This document shows positions 10,801 through 24,270 of a stretch of DNA of 64,000 nucleotides, in pieces. Position numbers and translations under genes: made by a program. The number at the start of each line of letters is the position of its first letter. Positions within the stretch are counted from its first letter, which is position 1. The stretch is from Antedon mediterranea (Eukaryota > Animalia > Echinodermata). The stretch is from assembly GCF_964355755.1 (NCBI RefSeq), contig NC_092671.1, positions 22,151,317-22,215,316 of the forward strand, given 5' to 3'. The notes beneath the pieces are model-generated. The model saw nothing but the letters and a program-made list of their open reading frames with translations. It did no database searches and had not been told where the DNA came from.

Positions 10801-13689
10801 AAATTAATAATAAATCAATGAAAAATAATGCAATGCAACTTTGTTTCTGATTTTAAAAAAGGTTCACTTGTTTAGGCCTGACATTTACAACCCTCAAAAT
10901 ATCTCACTTTCAAAAACAATATTTATTTTAAATAAAAAAAAAAAAAAACAAAATATCCGTAGAGGTTCGAACCCACTAGTGAGAGCACTCAAACTTGAGC
11001 ATTACCCGTTACGCCACAAACCAGTAGATGACTGAAGAGCTGATAATACTCTATTTATATGAAATTAATAATAAATCAATGAAAAATAATGCCATGCAAC
11101 TTTGTTTCTGATTTTAAAAAAGGTTCACTTGTTTAGGCCTGACATTTACAACCCTCAAAATATCTCACTTTCAAAAACAATATTTATTTAAAAAAAAAAA
11201 AAAAGAAACAAAATATCCGTAGAGGTTCGAACCCACTAGTGAGAGCACTCAAACTTGAGCATTACCCGTTACGCCACAAACCAGTAGATGACTGAAGAGC
11301 TGATAATACTCTATTTATATGAAATAAATAATAAATCAATGAAAAATAATGCCATGCAACTTTGTTTCTGATTTTAAAAAAGGTCCACTTGTTTAGGCCT
11401 GACATTTACAACCCTCAAAATATCTCACTTTCAAAAACAATATTTATTTTCAATAAAAAAAAAAAAAAAAAAAAATATTCGTAGAGGTTCGAACCCACTA
11501 CTGCGAGAACTCAAACATGAGCATTACCCGTTACGCCTCAAACCAGTAGATGACTGAAGAGCTGATAATACTCTATTTATATGAAATTAATAATAAATCA
11601 ATGAAAAATAATGCCATGCAACTTTGTTTCTGATTTTAAAAAAAGGTTCACTTGTTTAGGCCTGACATTTACAACCCTCAAAATATCTTACTTTCAAAAA
11701 CAATATTTATTTAAAAAAAAAAAAAAGAAACAAAATATCCGTAGAGGTTCGAACCCACTAGTGAGAGCACTCAAACTTGAGCATTACCCGTTACGCCACA
11801 AACCAGTAGATGACTGAAGAGTTGATAATACTCTATTTATATGAAATAAATAATAAATCAATGAAAAATAATGCCATGCAACTTTGTTTCTGATTTTAAA
11901 AAAGGTCCAATTGTTTAGGCCTGACATTTACAACCCTCAAAATATCTCACTTTCAAAAACAATATTTATTTTCAATAAAAAAAAAAAAAAAAAATATTCG
12001 GAGAGGTTCGAACCCACTACTGCGAGAACTCAAACCTGAGCATTACCCGTTACGCCTCAAACCAGTAGATGACTGAAGAGCTGATAATACTCTATTTATA
12101 TGAAATTAATAATAAATCAATGAAAAATAATGCAATGCAACTTTGTTTCTGATTTTAAAAAAAGTTCACTTGTTTAGGCCTGACATTTACAACCCTCAAA
12201 ATATCTCACTTTCAAAAACAATATTTATTTTAAATAAAAAAAAAAAAAGAAACAAAATATCCGTAGAGGTTTGAACCCACTAGTGAGAGCACTCAAACTT
12301 GAGCATTACCCGTTACGCCACAAACCAGTAGATGACTGAAGAGCTGATAATACTCTATTTATATGAAATAAATAATAAATCAATGAAAAATAATGCCATG
12401 CAACCTTGTTTCTGATTTTAAAAAAGGTCCACTTGTTTAGGCCTGATATTTACAACCCTCAAAATATCTCACTTTCAAAAACCATATTTATTTTCAATTT
12501 AAAAAAAAAAGAAAAAAAATATCCCTAGAGGTTCGACCCACTACTCAGAGCACTCAAACCTGAGCATTAGCCGTTACGCCACAAACCAGTAGATGACTGA
12601 AGAGCTTATAATAGTCTATTTATATGAAATGAATGATCAATCAATGAAAAATAATGCCATGCAACTTTGTTTCTGATTTTAAAAAATATCCATTTGTTTA
12701 GGCCTGACATTCACAACCCTAAAAAATATCTCATTTTCAAAAACAATATTTATTTGCAATAAGAAAAAAAAAAGCAATATCCCTAGAGGTTCGAACCCAC
12801 TACTGCGAGAACTCAAACCTGAGCATTACCCGTTACGCCTCAAACCAGTAGATGACTGAAGAGCTGATAATACTCTATTTATATGAAATTAGAAATAAAT
12901 CAATGAAAAATAATGCCATGCAACTTTGTTTCTGATTTTAAAAAAGGTTCACTTGTTTAGGCCTGACATTTACAACCCTCAAAATATCTCACTTTCAAAA
13001 ACAATATTTATTTCAAATAAATAAAAAAAAGAAACAAAATATCCGTAGAGGTTCGAACGCACTAGTGAGAGCACTCAAACTTGAGTATTACCCGTTACGC
13101 CACAAACCAGTAGATGACTGAAGAGCTGATAATACTCTATTTATATGAAATAAATAATAAATCAATGAAAAATAATGCCATGCAACTTTGTTTCTGATTT
13201 TAAAAAAGGTCCACTTGTTTAGGCCTGACATTTACAACCCTCAAAATATCTCACTTTCAAAAACAATATTTATTTTCAATAAAAAAAAAAAAAAAAAAAT
13301 ATTCGTAGAGGTTCGAACCCACTACTGCGAGAACTCAAACCTGAGCATTATCCGTTACGCCTCAAACCAGTAGATGACTGAAGAGCTGATAATACTCTAT
13401 TTATATGAAATTCATAATAAATCAATGAAAAATAATGCAATGCAACTTTGTTTCTGATTTTAAAAAAGGTTCACTTGTTTAGGCCTGACATTTACAACCC
13501 TCAAAATATCTCACTTTCAAAAACAATATTTATTTTAAATAAAAAAAAAAAAAGAAACAAAATATCCGTAGAGGTTCGAACCCACTAGTGAGAGCACGTA
13601 AACTTGAGCATTACCCGTTACGCCACAAACCAGTAGATGACTAAAGAGCTGATAATACTCTATTTATATGAAATAAATAATAAATCAAT

Positions 13690-16600
13690 GAAAAATAATG
13701 CCATGCAACTTTGTTTCTGATTTTAAAAAAGGTCCACTTGTTTAGGCCTGATATTTACAACCCTCAAAATATCTCACTTTCAAAAACCATATTTATTTTC
13801 AATTTAAAAAAAAAAGAAAAAAAATATCCCTAGAGGTTCGACCCACTACTCAGAGCACTCCAACCTGAGCATTACCCGTTACGCCACAAACCAGTAGATG
13901 ACTGAAGAGCTGATAATAGTCTATTTATATGAAATGAATGATCAATCAATGAAAAATAATGCCATGCAACTTTGTTTCTGATTTTAAAAAAGGTCCACTT
14001 GTTTAGGCCTGACATTTACAACCCTCAAAATATCTCACTTTCAAAAACCATATTTATTTTCAATTTAAAAAAAAAAGAAAAAAAATATCCCTAGAGGTTC
14101 GACCCACTACTCAGAGCACTCAAAACTGAGCATTACCCGTTACGCCACAAACCAGTAGATGACTGAAGAGCTGATAATAGTCTATTTATATGAAATGAAT
14201 GATCAATCAATGAAAAATAATGCCATGCAACTTTGTTTCTGATTTAAAAAAAGGTTCACTTGTTTAGGCCTGACATTTACAACCCTAAAAATATCTCACT
14301 TTCAAAAACAATATTTATTTTCAATTTAAAAAAAAAAATCCCTAGAGGTTCGAACCCACTACTGAGACAACTCAAACCTGAGCATTATCCGTTACGCCAC
14401 CAACCAGTAGGTGTCTGAGGAGCTGATAATAGTCTATTTATATGAAATGAATGATCAATCAATGAAAAATAATGCCATGTAACTTTGTTTCTGATTTTAA
14501 AAAAGGTTCACTTGTTTTGGCCTGACATTTACAACCCTCAAAATATCTCACTTTCAAAAACAATATTTTTTCAATTAAAAAAAAAGAAGAAATAAAATAT
14601 CAGTAGAGGTTCGAACCCACTAGTGAGAGCACTGAAACTTGAGCATTACCCGCTACGCCACAAACCAGTAGATCACTGAAGAGCTGATAATACTCTATTT
14701 ATATGAAATAAATAATAAATCAATGAAAAATAATGCCATGCAACTTTGTTTCTGATTTAAAAAAAGGTTCATATGTTCTATTTATATGAAATGAATGATC
14801 AGTCAATGAAAAATAATGCCATGCAACTTTGTTTCTGATTTTAAAAAAGATCCATTTGTTTAGGCCTGACATTCACAACCCTAAAAAATATCTCATTTTC
14901 CCAAAAAATATTTATTTTCAATAAGAAAAAAAAAAGCAATATCCCTAGAGGTTAGAATTCGCTACTGAGAGCACTCAAACCTGGGTATTACCCGTTACGC
15001 CACAAATCAGTAGATAAGTAAAGAGCTGATAATAGTCTATTTATATGAAATTAATGATCAATCAATGAAAAATAATGCCATGCAACTTTGTTTCTGATTT
15101 TAAAAAAGGTTCATTTGTTTAGGCCTGACATTTACAACCCTCAAAATATCTCACTTTCAAAAAAAAAATTTATTTTCAATAAAAAAAAAAAGAAAAGAAA
15201 TATCCCTAGAGGTTCGAACCCACTACTGCGAACACTCAAACTTGAGCATTACCCGTTACGCCTCAAACCAGTAGATGACTGAAGAGCTGATAATACTTTA
15301 TTTATATGAAATGAATAATAAATCAATGAAAAATAATGCCATGCAACTTTGTTTCTGATTTTAAAAAAGGTTCACTTGTTTAGGCCGGACATTTACAACC
15401 CTCAAAATATCTCACCTTCAAAAACAATATTTATTTTCAAACAAAAAAAAAGAAAAAAAATATCCCTAGAAGTTCGAACCCACTATTGAAATCAATCAAA
15501 CCTGAGCATTACCCGTTACGCCGCAAACCAGTATATGACTGAAGAGCTGATAATAGTCTATTTATATGAAATGGATGATCAATCAATGAAAAATAATGCC
15601 ATGCAACTTTGTTTCTGATTTTAAAAAAGGTTCACTTGTTTAGGCCTGACAGTTGCAACCCTCAAAATATCTCACTTTCAAAAACAATATTTATTTTCAA
15701 TTAACAAAAAAATTAAAAAAAATACCCGTATAGGTTCGAACCCACTACTGAGAGCACTCAAACCTGAGCATTACCCGTTACGCCACAAACCAGTAGATGA
15801 CTGAGGAGCTGATAATAGTCTATATATATGAAATGAATGATCAATCAATGAAAAATAATGCTATGCAACTTTGTTTCTGATTGAAAAAAATGTTCACTTG
15901 TTTAGGCCTGACATTTACAACCCTCAAAATATCTCACTTTCAAAAACAATATTTATTTTCAATTAAAAAAAAAATATCCTTACAGGTTGGAACCCGCTAC
16001 CCATTTTAAAAAAGGTCCACTTGTTTAGCCCTGACATTTACAACCCTCAAAATATCTCACTTTCAAAATCCATATTTATTTTCAATTTAAAAAAAAAAGA
16101 AAAAAAATATCCCTAGAGGTTCGACCCACTACTCAGAGCACTCAAACCTGAGCATTACCCGTTACGCCACAAACCAGTAGATGACTGAAGAGCTGATAAT
16201 AGTCTATTTATATGAAATGAATGATCAATCAATGAAAAATAATGCCATGCAACTTTGTTTCTGATTTTAAAAAAGGTCCACTTGTTTAGGCCTGACATTT
16301 ACAACCCTCAAAATATCTCACTTTCAAAAACCATATTTATTTTCAATTTAAAAAAAAAAATCCCTAGAGGTTCGAACCCACTACTGAGACAACTCAAACC
16401 TGAGCATTATCCGTTACGCCACCAACCAGTAGGTGACTGAGGAGCTGATAATAGTCTATTTATATGAAATGAATGATCAATCAATGAAAAATAATGCCAT
16501 GCAACTTTGTTTCTGATTTTAAAAAATATCCATTTGTTTAGGCCTGACATTCACAACCCTAAAAAATATCTCATTTTCAAAAAAAAATATTTATTTGCAA

Positions 16601-19600
16601 TAAGAAAAAAAAAAGCAATATCACTAGAGGTTCGAACCCACTACTGCGAGAACTCAAACCTGAGCATTACCAATTACGCCTCAAACCAGTAGATGACTGA
16701 AGAGCTGATAATACTCTATTTATATGAAATTAATAATAAATCAATGAAAAATAATGCCATGCAACTTTGTTTCTGATTTTAAAAAAGGTCCACTTGTTTA
16801 GGCCTGATATTTACAACCCTCAAAATATCTCACTTTCAAAAACCATATTTATTTTCAATTTAAAAAAAAAAGAAAAAAAATATCCCTAGAGGTTCGACCC
16901 ACTACTCAGAGCACTCCAACCTGAGCATTACCCGTTACGCCACAAACCAGTAGATGACTGAAGAGCTGATAATAGTCTATTTATATGAAATGAATGATCA
17001 ATCAATGAAAAATAATGCCATGCAACTTTGTTTCTGATTTTAAAAAAGGTCCACTTGTTTAGGCCTGACATTTACAACCCTCAAAATATCTCACTTTCAA
17101 AAACCATATTTATTTTCAATTTAAAAAAAAAAGAAAAAAAATATCCCTAGAGGTTCGACCCACTACTCAGAGCACTCAAAACTGAGCATTACCCGTTACG
17201 CCACAAACCAGTAGATGACTGAAGAGCTGATAATAGTCTATTTATATGAAATGAATGATCAATCAATGAAAAATAATGCCATGCAACTTTGTTTCTGATT
17301 TAAAAAAAGGTTCACTTGTTTAGGCCTGACATTTACAACCCTAAAAATATCTCACTTTCAAAAACAATATTTATTTTCAATTTAAAAAAAAAAATCCCTA
17401 GAGGTTCGAACCCACTACTGAGACAACTCAAACCTGAGCATTATCCGTTACGCCACCAACCAGTAGGTGTCTGAGGAGCTGATAATAGTCTATTTATATG
17501 AAATGAATGATCAATCAATGAAAAATAATGCCATGTAACTTTGTTTCTGATTTTAAAAAAGGTTCACTTGTTTTGGCCTGACATTTACAACCCTCAAAAT
17601 ATCTCACTTTCAAAAACAATATTTTTTCAATTAAAAAAAAAGAAGAAATAAAATATCAGTAGAGGTTCGAACCCACTAGTGAGAGCACTGAAACTTGAGC
17701 ATTACCCGCTACGCCACAAACCAGTAGATCACTGAAGAGCTGATAATACTCTATTTATATGAAATAAATAATAAATCAATGAAAAATAATGCCATGCAAC
17801 TTTGTTTCTGATTTAAAAAAAGGTTCATATGTTCTATTTATATGAAATGAATGATCAGTCAATGAAAAATAATGCCATGCAACTTTGTTTCTGATTTTAA
17901 AAAAGATCCATTTGTTTAGGCCTGACATTCACAACCCTAAAAAATATCTCATTTTCCCAAAAAATATTTATTTTCAATAAGAAAAAAAAAAGCAATATCC
18001 CTAGAGGTTAGAATTCGCTACTGAGAGCACTCAAACCTGGGTATTACCCGTTACGCCACAAATCAGTAGATAAGTAAAGAGCTGATAATAGTCTATTTAT
18101 ATGAAATTAATGATCAATCAATGAAAAATAATGCCATGCAACTTTGTTTCTGATTTTAAAAAAGGTTCATTTGTTTAGGCCTGACATTTACAACCCTCAA
18201 AATATCTCACTTTCAAAAAAAAAATTTATTTTCAATAAAAAAAAAAAGAAAAGAAATATCCCTAGAGGTTCGAACCCACTACTGCGAACACTCAAACTTG
18301 AGCATTACCCGTTACGCCTCAAACCAGTAGATGACTGAAGAGCTGATAATACTTTATTTATATGAAATGAATAATAAATCAATGAAAAATAATGCCATGC
18401 AACTTTGTTTCTGATTTTAAAAAAGGTTCACTTGTTTAGGCCGGACATTTACAACCCTCAAAATATCTCACCTTCAAAAACAATATTTATTTTCAAACAA
18501 AAAAAAAGAAAAAAAATATCCCTAGAAGTTCGAACCCACTATTGAAATCAATCAAACCTGAGCATTACCCGTTACGCCGCAAACCAGTATATGACTGAAG
18601 AGCTGATAATAGTCTATTTATATGAAATGGATGATCAATCAATGAAAAATAATGCCATGCAACTTTGTTTCTGATTTTAAAAAAGGTTCACTTGTTTAGG
18701 CCTGACAGTTGCAACCCTCAAAATATCTCACTTTCAAAAACAATATTTATTTTCAATTAACAAAAAAATTAAAAAAAATACCCGTATAGGTTCGAACCCA
18801 CTACTGAGAGCACTCAAACCTGAGCATTACCCGTTACGCCACAAACCAGTAGATGACTGAGGAGCTGATAATAGTCTATATATATGAAATGAATGATCAA
18901 TCAATGAAAAATAATGCTATGCAACTTTGTTTCTGATTGAAAAAAATGTTCACTTGTTTAGGCCTGACATTTACAACCCTCAAAATATCTCACTTTCAAA
19001 AACAATATTTATTTTCAATTAAAAAAAAAATATCCTTACAGGTTGGAACCCGCTACCCATTTTAAAAAAGGTCCACTTGTTTAGGCCTGACATTTACAAC
19101 CCTCAAAATATCTCACTTTCAAAATCCATATTTATTTTCAATTTAAAAAAAAAAGAAAAAAAATATCCCTAGAGGTTCGACCCACTACTCAGAGCACTCA
19201 AACCTGAGCATTACCCGTTACGCCACAAACCAGTAGATGACTGAAGAGCTGATAATAGTCTATTTATATGAAATGAATGATCAATCAATGAAAAATAATG
19301 CCATGCAACTTTGTTTCTGATTTTAAAAAAGGTCCACTTGTTTAGGCCTGACATTTACAACCCTCAAAATATCTCACTTTCAAAAACCATATTTATTTTC
19401 AATTTAAAAAAAAAAATCCCTAGAGGTTCGAACCCACTACTGAGACAACTCAAACCTGAGCATTATCCGTTACGCCACCAACCAGTAGGTGACTGAGGAG
19501 CTGATAATAGTCTATTTATATGAAATGAATGATCAATCAATGAAAAATAATGCCATGCAACTTTGTTTCTGATTTTAAAAAATATCCATTTGTTTAGGCC

Positions 19601-19800
19601 TGACATTCACAACCCTAAAAAATATCTCATTTTCAAAAAAAAATATTTATTTGCAATAAGAAAAAAAAAAGCAATATCACTAGAGGTTCGAACCCACTAC
19701 TGCGAGAACTCAAACCTGAGCATTACCAATTACGCCTCAAACCAGTAGATGACTGAAGAGCTGATAATACTCTATTTATATGAAATTAATAATAAATCAA
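13690..19800. repeat. Higher-order duplication, 3056-bp period, including two deletion-type monomers; boundaries approximate
   Basis: Identical ORFs at 15088/18144, 16255/19311 and 16507/19563. Junction GGTTCATATGTTCTATTTATA at ~14766 and ~17822. Confidence 0.88.
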
Positions 19801-22800
19801 TGAAAAATAATGCCATGCAACTTTGTTTCTGATTTTAAAAAAGGTTCACTTATTTAGGCCTGACATTTACAACCCTCAAAATATCTCACTTTCAAAAACA
19901 ATATTTATTTTAAATAAATAAAAAAAAGAAACAAAATATCCGTAGAGGTTCGAACGCACTAGTGAGAGCACTCAAACTTGAGCATTACCCGTTACGCCAC
20001 AAACCAGTAGATGACTGAAGAGCTGATAATACTCTATTTATATGAAATAAATAATAAATCAATGAAAATTAATGCCATGCAACTTTGTTTCTGATTTTAA
20101 AAAAGGTCCACTTGTTTAGGCCTGACATTTACAACCCTCAAAATATCTCACTTTCAAAAACAATATTTTTTTCAATAAAAAAAAAAAAGAAAAAAAATAT
20201 TCGTAGAGGTTCGAACCCACTACTGCGAAAACTCAAACCTGAGCATTACCCGTTACGCCTCAAACCAGTAGATGACTGAAGACCTGATAATACTCTATTT
20301 ATATGAAATTCATAATAAATCAATGAAAAATAATGCCATGCAACTTTGTTTCTGATTTTAAAAAAGGTTCACTTGTTTAGGCCTGACATTTACAACCCTC
20401 AAAATATCTCACTTTCAAAAACAATATTTATTTTCAATTAAAAAAAAAATATCCTTACAGGTTGGAACCCGCTACCCATTTTAAAAAAGGTCCACTTGTT
20501 TAGGCCTGACATTTACAACCCTCAAAATATCTCACTTTCAAAATCCATATTTATTTTCAATTTAAAAAAAAAAGAAAAAAAATATCCCTAGAGGTTCGAC
20601 CCACTACTCAGAGCACTCAAACCTGAGCATTACCCGTTACGCCACAAACCAGTAGATGACTGAAGAGCTGATAATAGTCTATTTATATGAAATGAATGAT
20701 CAATCAATGAAAAATAATGCCATGCAACTTTGTTTCTGATTTTAAAAAAGGTCCACTTGTTTAGGCCTGACATTTACAACCCTCAAAATATCTCACTTTC
20801 AAAAACCATATTTATTTTCAATTTAAAAAAAAAAATCCCTAGAGGTTCGAACCCACTACTGAGACAACTCAAACCTGAGCATTATCCGTTACGCCACCAA
20901 CCAGTAGGTGACTGAGGAGCTGATAATAGTCTATTTATATGAAATGAATGATCAATCAATGAAAAATAATGCCATGCAACTTTGTTTCTGATTTTAAAAA
21001 ATATCCATTTGTTTAGGCCTGACATTCACAACCCTAAAAAATATCTCATTTTCAAAAAAAAATATTTATTTGCAATAAGAAAAAAAAAAGCAATATCACT
21101 AGAGGTTCGAACCCACTACTGCGAGAACTCAAACCTGAGCATTACCAATTACGCCTCAAACCAGTAGATGACTGAAGAGCTGATAATACTCTATTTATAT
21201 GAAATTAATAATAAATCAATGAAAAATAATGCCATGCAACTTTGTTTCTGATTTTAAAAAAGGTTCACTTATTTAGGCCTGACATTTACAACCCTCAAAA
21301 TATCTCACTTTCAAAAACAATATTTATTTTAAATAAATAAAAAAAAGAAACAAAATATCCGTAGAGGTTCGAACGCACTAGTGAGAGCACTCAAACTTGA
21401 GCATTACCCGTTACGCCACAAACCAGTAGATGACTGAAGAGCTGATAATACTCTATTTATATGAAATAAATAATAAATCAATGAAAATTAATGCCATGCA
21501 ACTTTGTTTCTGATTTTAAAAAAGGTCCACTTGTTTAGGCCTGACATTTACAACCCTCAAAATATCTCACTTTCAAAAACAATATTTTTTTCAATAAAAA
21601 AAAAAAAGAAAAAAAATATTCGTAGAGGTTCGAACCCACTACTGCGAAAACTCAAACCTGAGCATTACCCGTTACGCCTCAAACCAGTAGATGACTGAAG
21701 ACCTGATAATACTCTATTTATATGAAATTCATAATAAATCAATGAAAAATAATGCAATGCAACTTTGTTTCTGAGTTTCTGATTTTAAAAAAAGGTTCAC
21801 TTGTTTAGGCCTGACATTTAGAACCCTCAAAATATCTCACTTTCAAAAACAATATTTATTTTAAATAAAAAAAAAAAAGAAACAAAATATCCGTAGAGGT
21901 TCGAACCCACTAGTGAGAGCACGTAAACTTGAGCATTACCCGTTACGCCACAAACCAGTAGATGACTGAAGAGCTGATAATACTCTATTTATATGAAATA
22001 AATAATAAATCAATGAAAAATAATGCCATGCAACTTTGTTTCTGATTTTAAAAAAGGTCCACTTGTTTAGGCCTGATATTTACAACCCTCAAAATATCTC
22101 ACTTTCAAAAACCATATTTATTTTCAATTTAAAAAAAAAAGAAAAAAAATATCCCTAGAGGTTCGACCCACTACTCAGAGCACTCAAACCTGAGCATTAC
22201 CCGTTACGCCACAAACCAGTAGATGACTGAAGAGCTGATAATAGTCTATTTATATGAAATGAATGATCAATCAATGAAAAATAATGCCATGCAACTTTGT
22301 TTCTGATTTTAAAAAAGGTCCAGTTGTTTAGGCCTGACATTTACAACCCTCAAAATATCTCACTTTCAAAAACCATATTTATTTTCAATTTAAAAAAAAA
22401 AGAAAAAAAATATCCCTAGAGGTTCGACCCACTACTCAGAGCACTCAAACCTGAGCATTACCCGTTACGCCACAAACCAGTAGATGACTGAAGAGCTGAT
22501 AATAGTCTATTTATATGAAATGAATGATCAATCAATGAAAAATAATGCCATGCAACTTTGTTTCTGATTTTAAAAAAGGTCCACTTGTTTAGGCCTGACA
22601 TTTACAACCCTCAAAATATCTCACTTTCAAAAACCATATTTATTTTCAATTTAAAAAAAAAAATCCCTAGAGGTTCGAACCCACTACTGAGACAACTCAA
22701 ACCTGAGCATTATCCGTTACGCCACCAACCAGTAGGTGACTGAGGAGCTGATAATAGTCTATTTATATGAAATGAATGATCAATCAATGAAAAATAATGC

Positions 22801-24270
22801 CATGCAACTTTGTTTCTGATTTTAAAAAATATCCATTTGTTTAGGCCTGACATTCACAACCCTAAAAAATATCTCATTTTCAAAAAAAAATATTTATTTG
22901 CAATAAGAAAAAAAAAAGCAATATCACTAGAGGTTCGAACCCACTACTGCGAGAACTCAAACCTGAGCATTACCAATTACGCCTCAAACCAGTAGATGAC
23001 TGAAGAGCTGATAATACTCTATTTATATGAAATTAATAATAAATCAATGAAAAATAATGCCATGCAACTTTGTTTCTGATTTTAAAAAAGGTTCACTTAT
23101 TTAGGCCTGACATTTACAACCCTCAAAATATCTCACTTTCAAAAACAATATTTATTTTAAATAAATAAAAAAAAGAAACAAAATATCCGTAGAGGTTCGA
23201 ACGCACTAGTGAGAGCACTCAAACTTGAGCATTACCCGTTACGCCACAAACCAGTAGATGACTGAAGAGCTGATAATACTCTATTTATATGAAATAAATA
23301 ATAAATCAATGAAAATTAATGCCATGCAACTTTGTTTCTGATTTTAAAAAAGGTCCACTTGTTTAGGCCTGACATTTACAACCCTCAAAATATCTCACTT
23401 TCAAAAACAATATTTTTTTCAATAAAAAAAAAAAAGAAAAAAAATATTCGTAGAGGTTCGAACCCACTACTGCGAAAACTCAAACCTGAGCATTACCCGT
23501 TACGCCTCAAACCAGTAGATGACTGAAGACCTGATAATACTCTATTTATATGAAATTCATAATAAATCAATGAAAAATAATGCAATGCAACTTTGTTTCT
23601 GAGTTTCTGATTTTAAAAAAAGGTTCACTTGTTTAGGCCTGACATTTAGAACCCTCAAAATATCTCACTTTCAAAAACAATATTTATTTTAAATAAAAAA
23701 AAAAAAGAAACAAAATATCCGTAGAGGTTCGAACCCACTAGTGAGAGCACGTAAACTTGAGCATTACCCGTTACGCCACAAACCAGTAGATGACTGAAGA
23801 GCTGATAATACTCTATTTATATGAAATAAATAATAAATCAATGAAAAATAATGCCATGCAACTTTGTTTCTGATTTTAAAAAAGGTCCACTTGTTTAGGC
23901 CTGATATTTACAACCCTCAAAATATCTCACTTTCAAAAACCATATTTATTTTCAATTTAAAAAAAAAAGAAAAAAAATATCCCTAGAGGTTCGACCCACT
24001 ACTCAGAGCACTCAAACCTGAGCATTACCCGTTACGCCACAAACCAGTAGATGACTGAAGAGCTGATAATAGTCTATTTATATGAAATGAATGATCAATC
24101 AATGAAAAATAATGCCATGCAACTTTGTTTCTGATTTTAAAAAAGGTCCAGTTGTTTAGGCCTGACATTTACAACCCTCAAAATATCTCACTTTCAAAAA
24201 CCATATTTATTTTCAATTTAAAAAAAAAAGAAAAAAAATATCCCTAGAGGTTCGACCCACTACTCAGAGC
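18960..24270. repeat. Overlapping higher-order duplications of 1419 bp and 1828 bp; boundaries approximate
   Basis: The ORF triplet 19311/19563/20085 recurs at 20730/20982/21504 (+1419) and 22558/22810/23332 (+1828). Marker GTTTCTGAGTTTCTGA at ~21767 and ~23595. Confidence 0.85.

Larger units (their letters stand above)
7690..11480. repeat. Higher-order duplication, 1841-bp period (7 monomers); boundaries approximate
   Basis: Variant AATAAGTAAAAAAAAAGCAAAGAAAAAAAAAAGCAATA at ~8293 and ~10134. Identical ORFs at 9000 and 10841. Confidence 0.88.
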
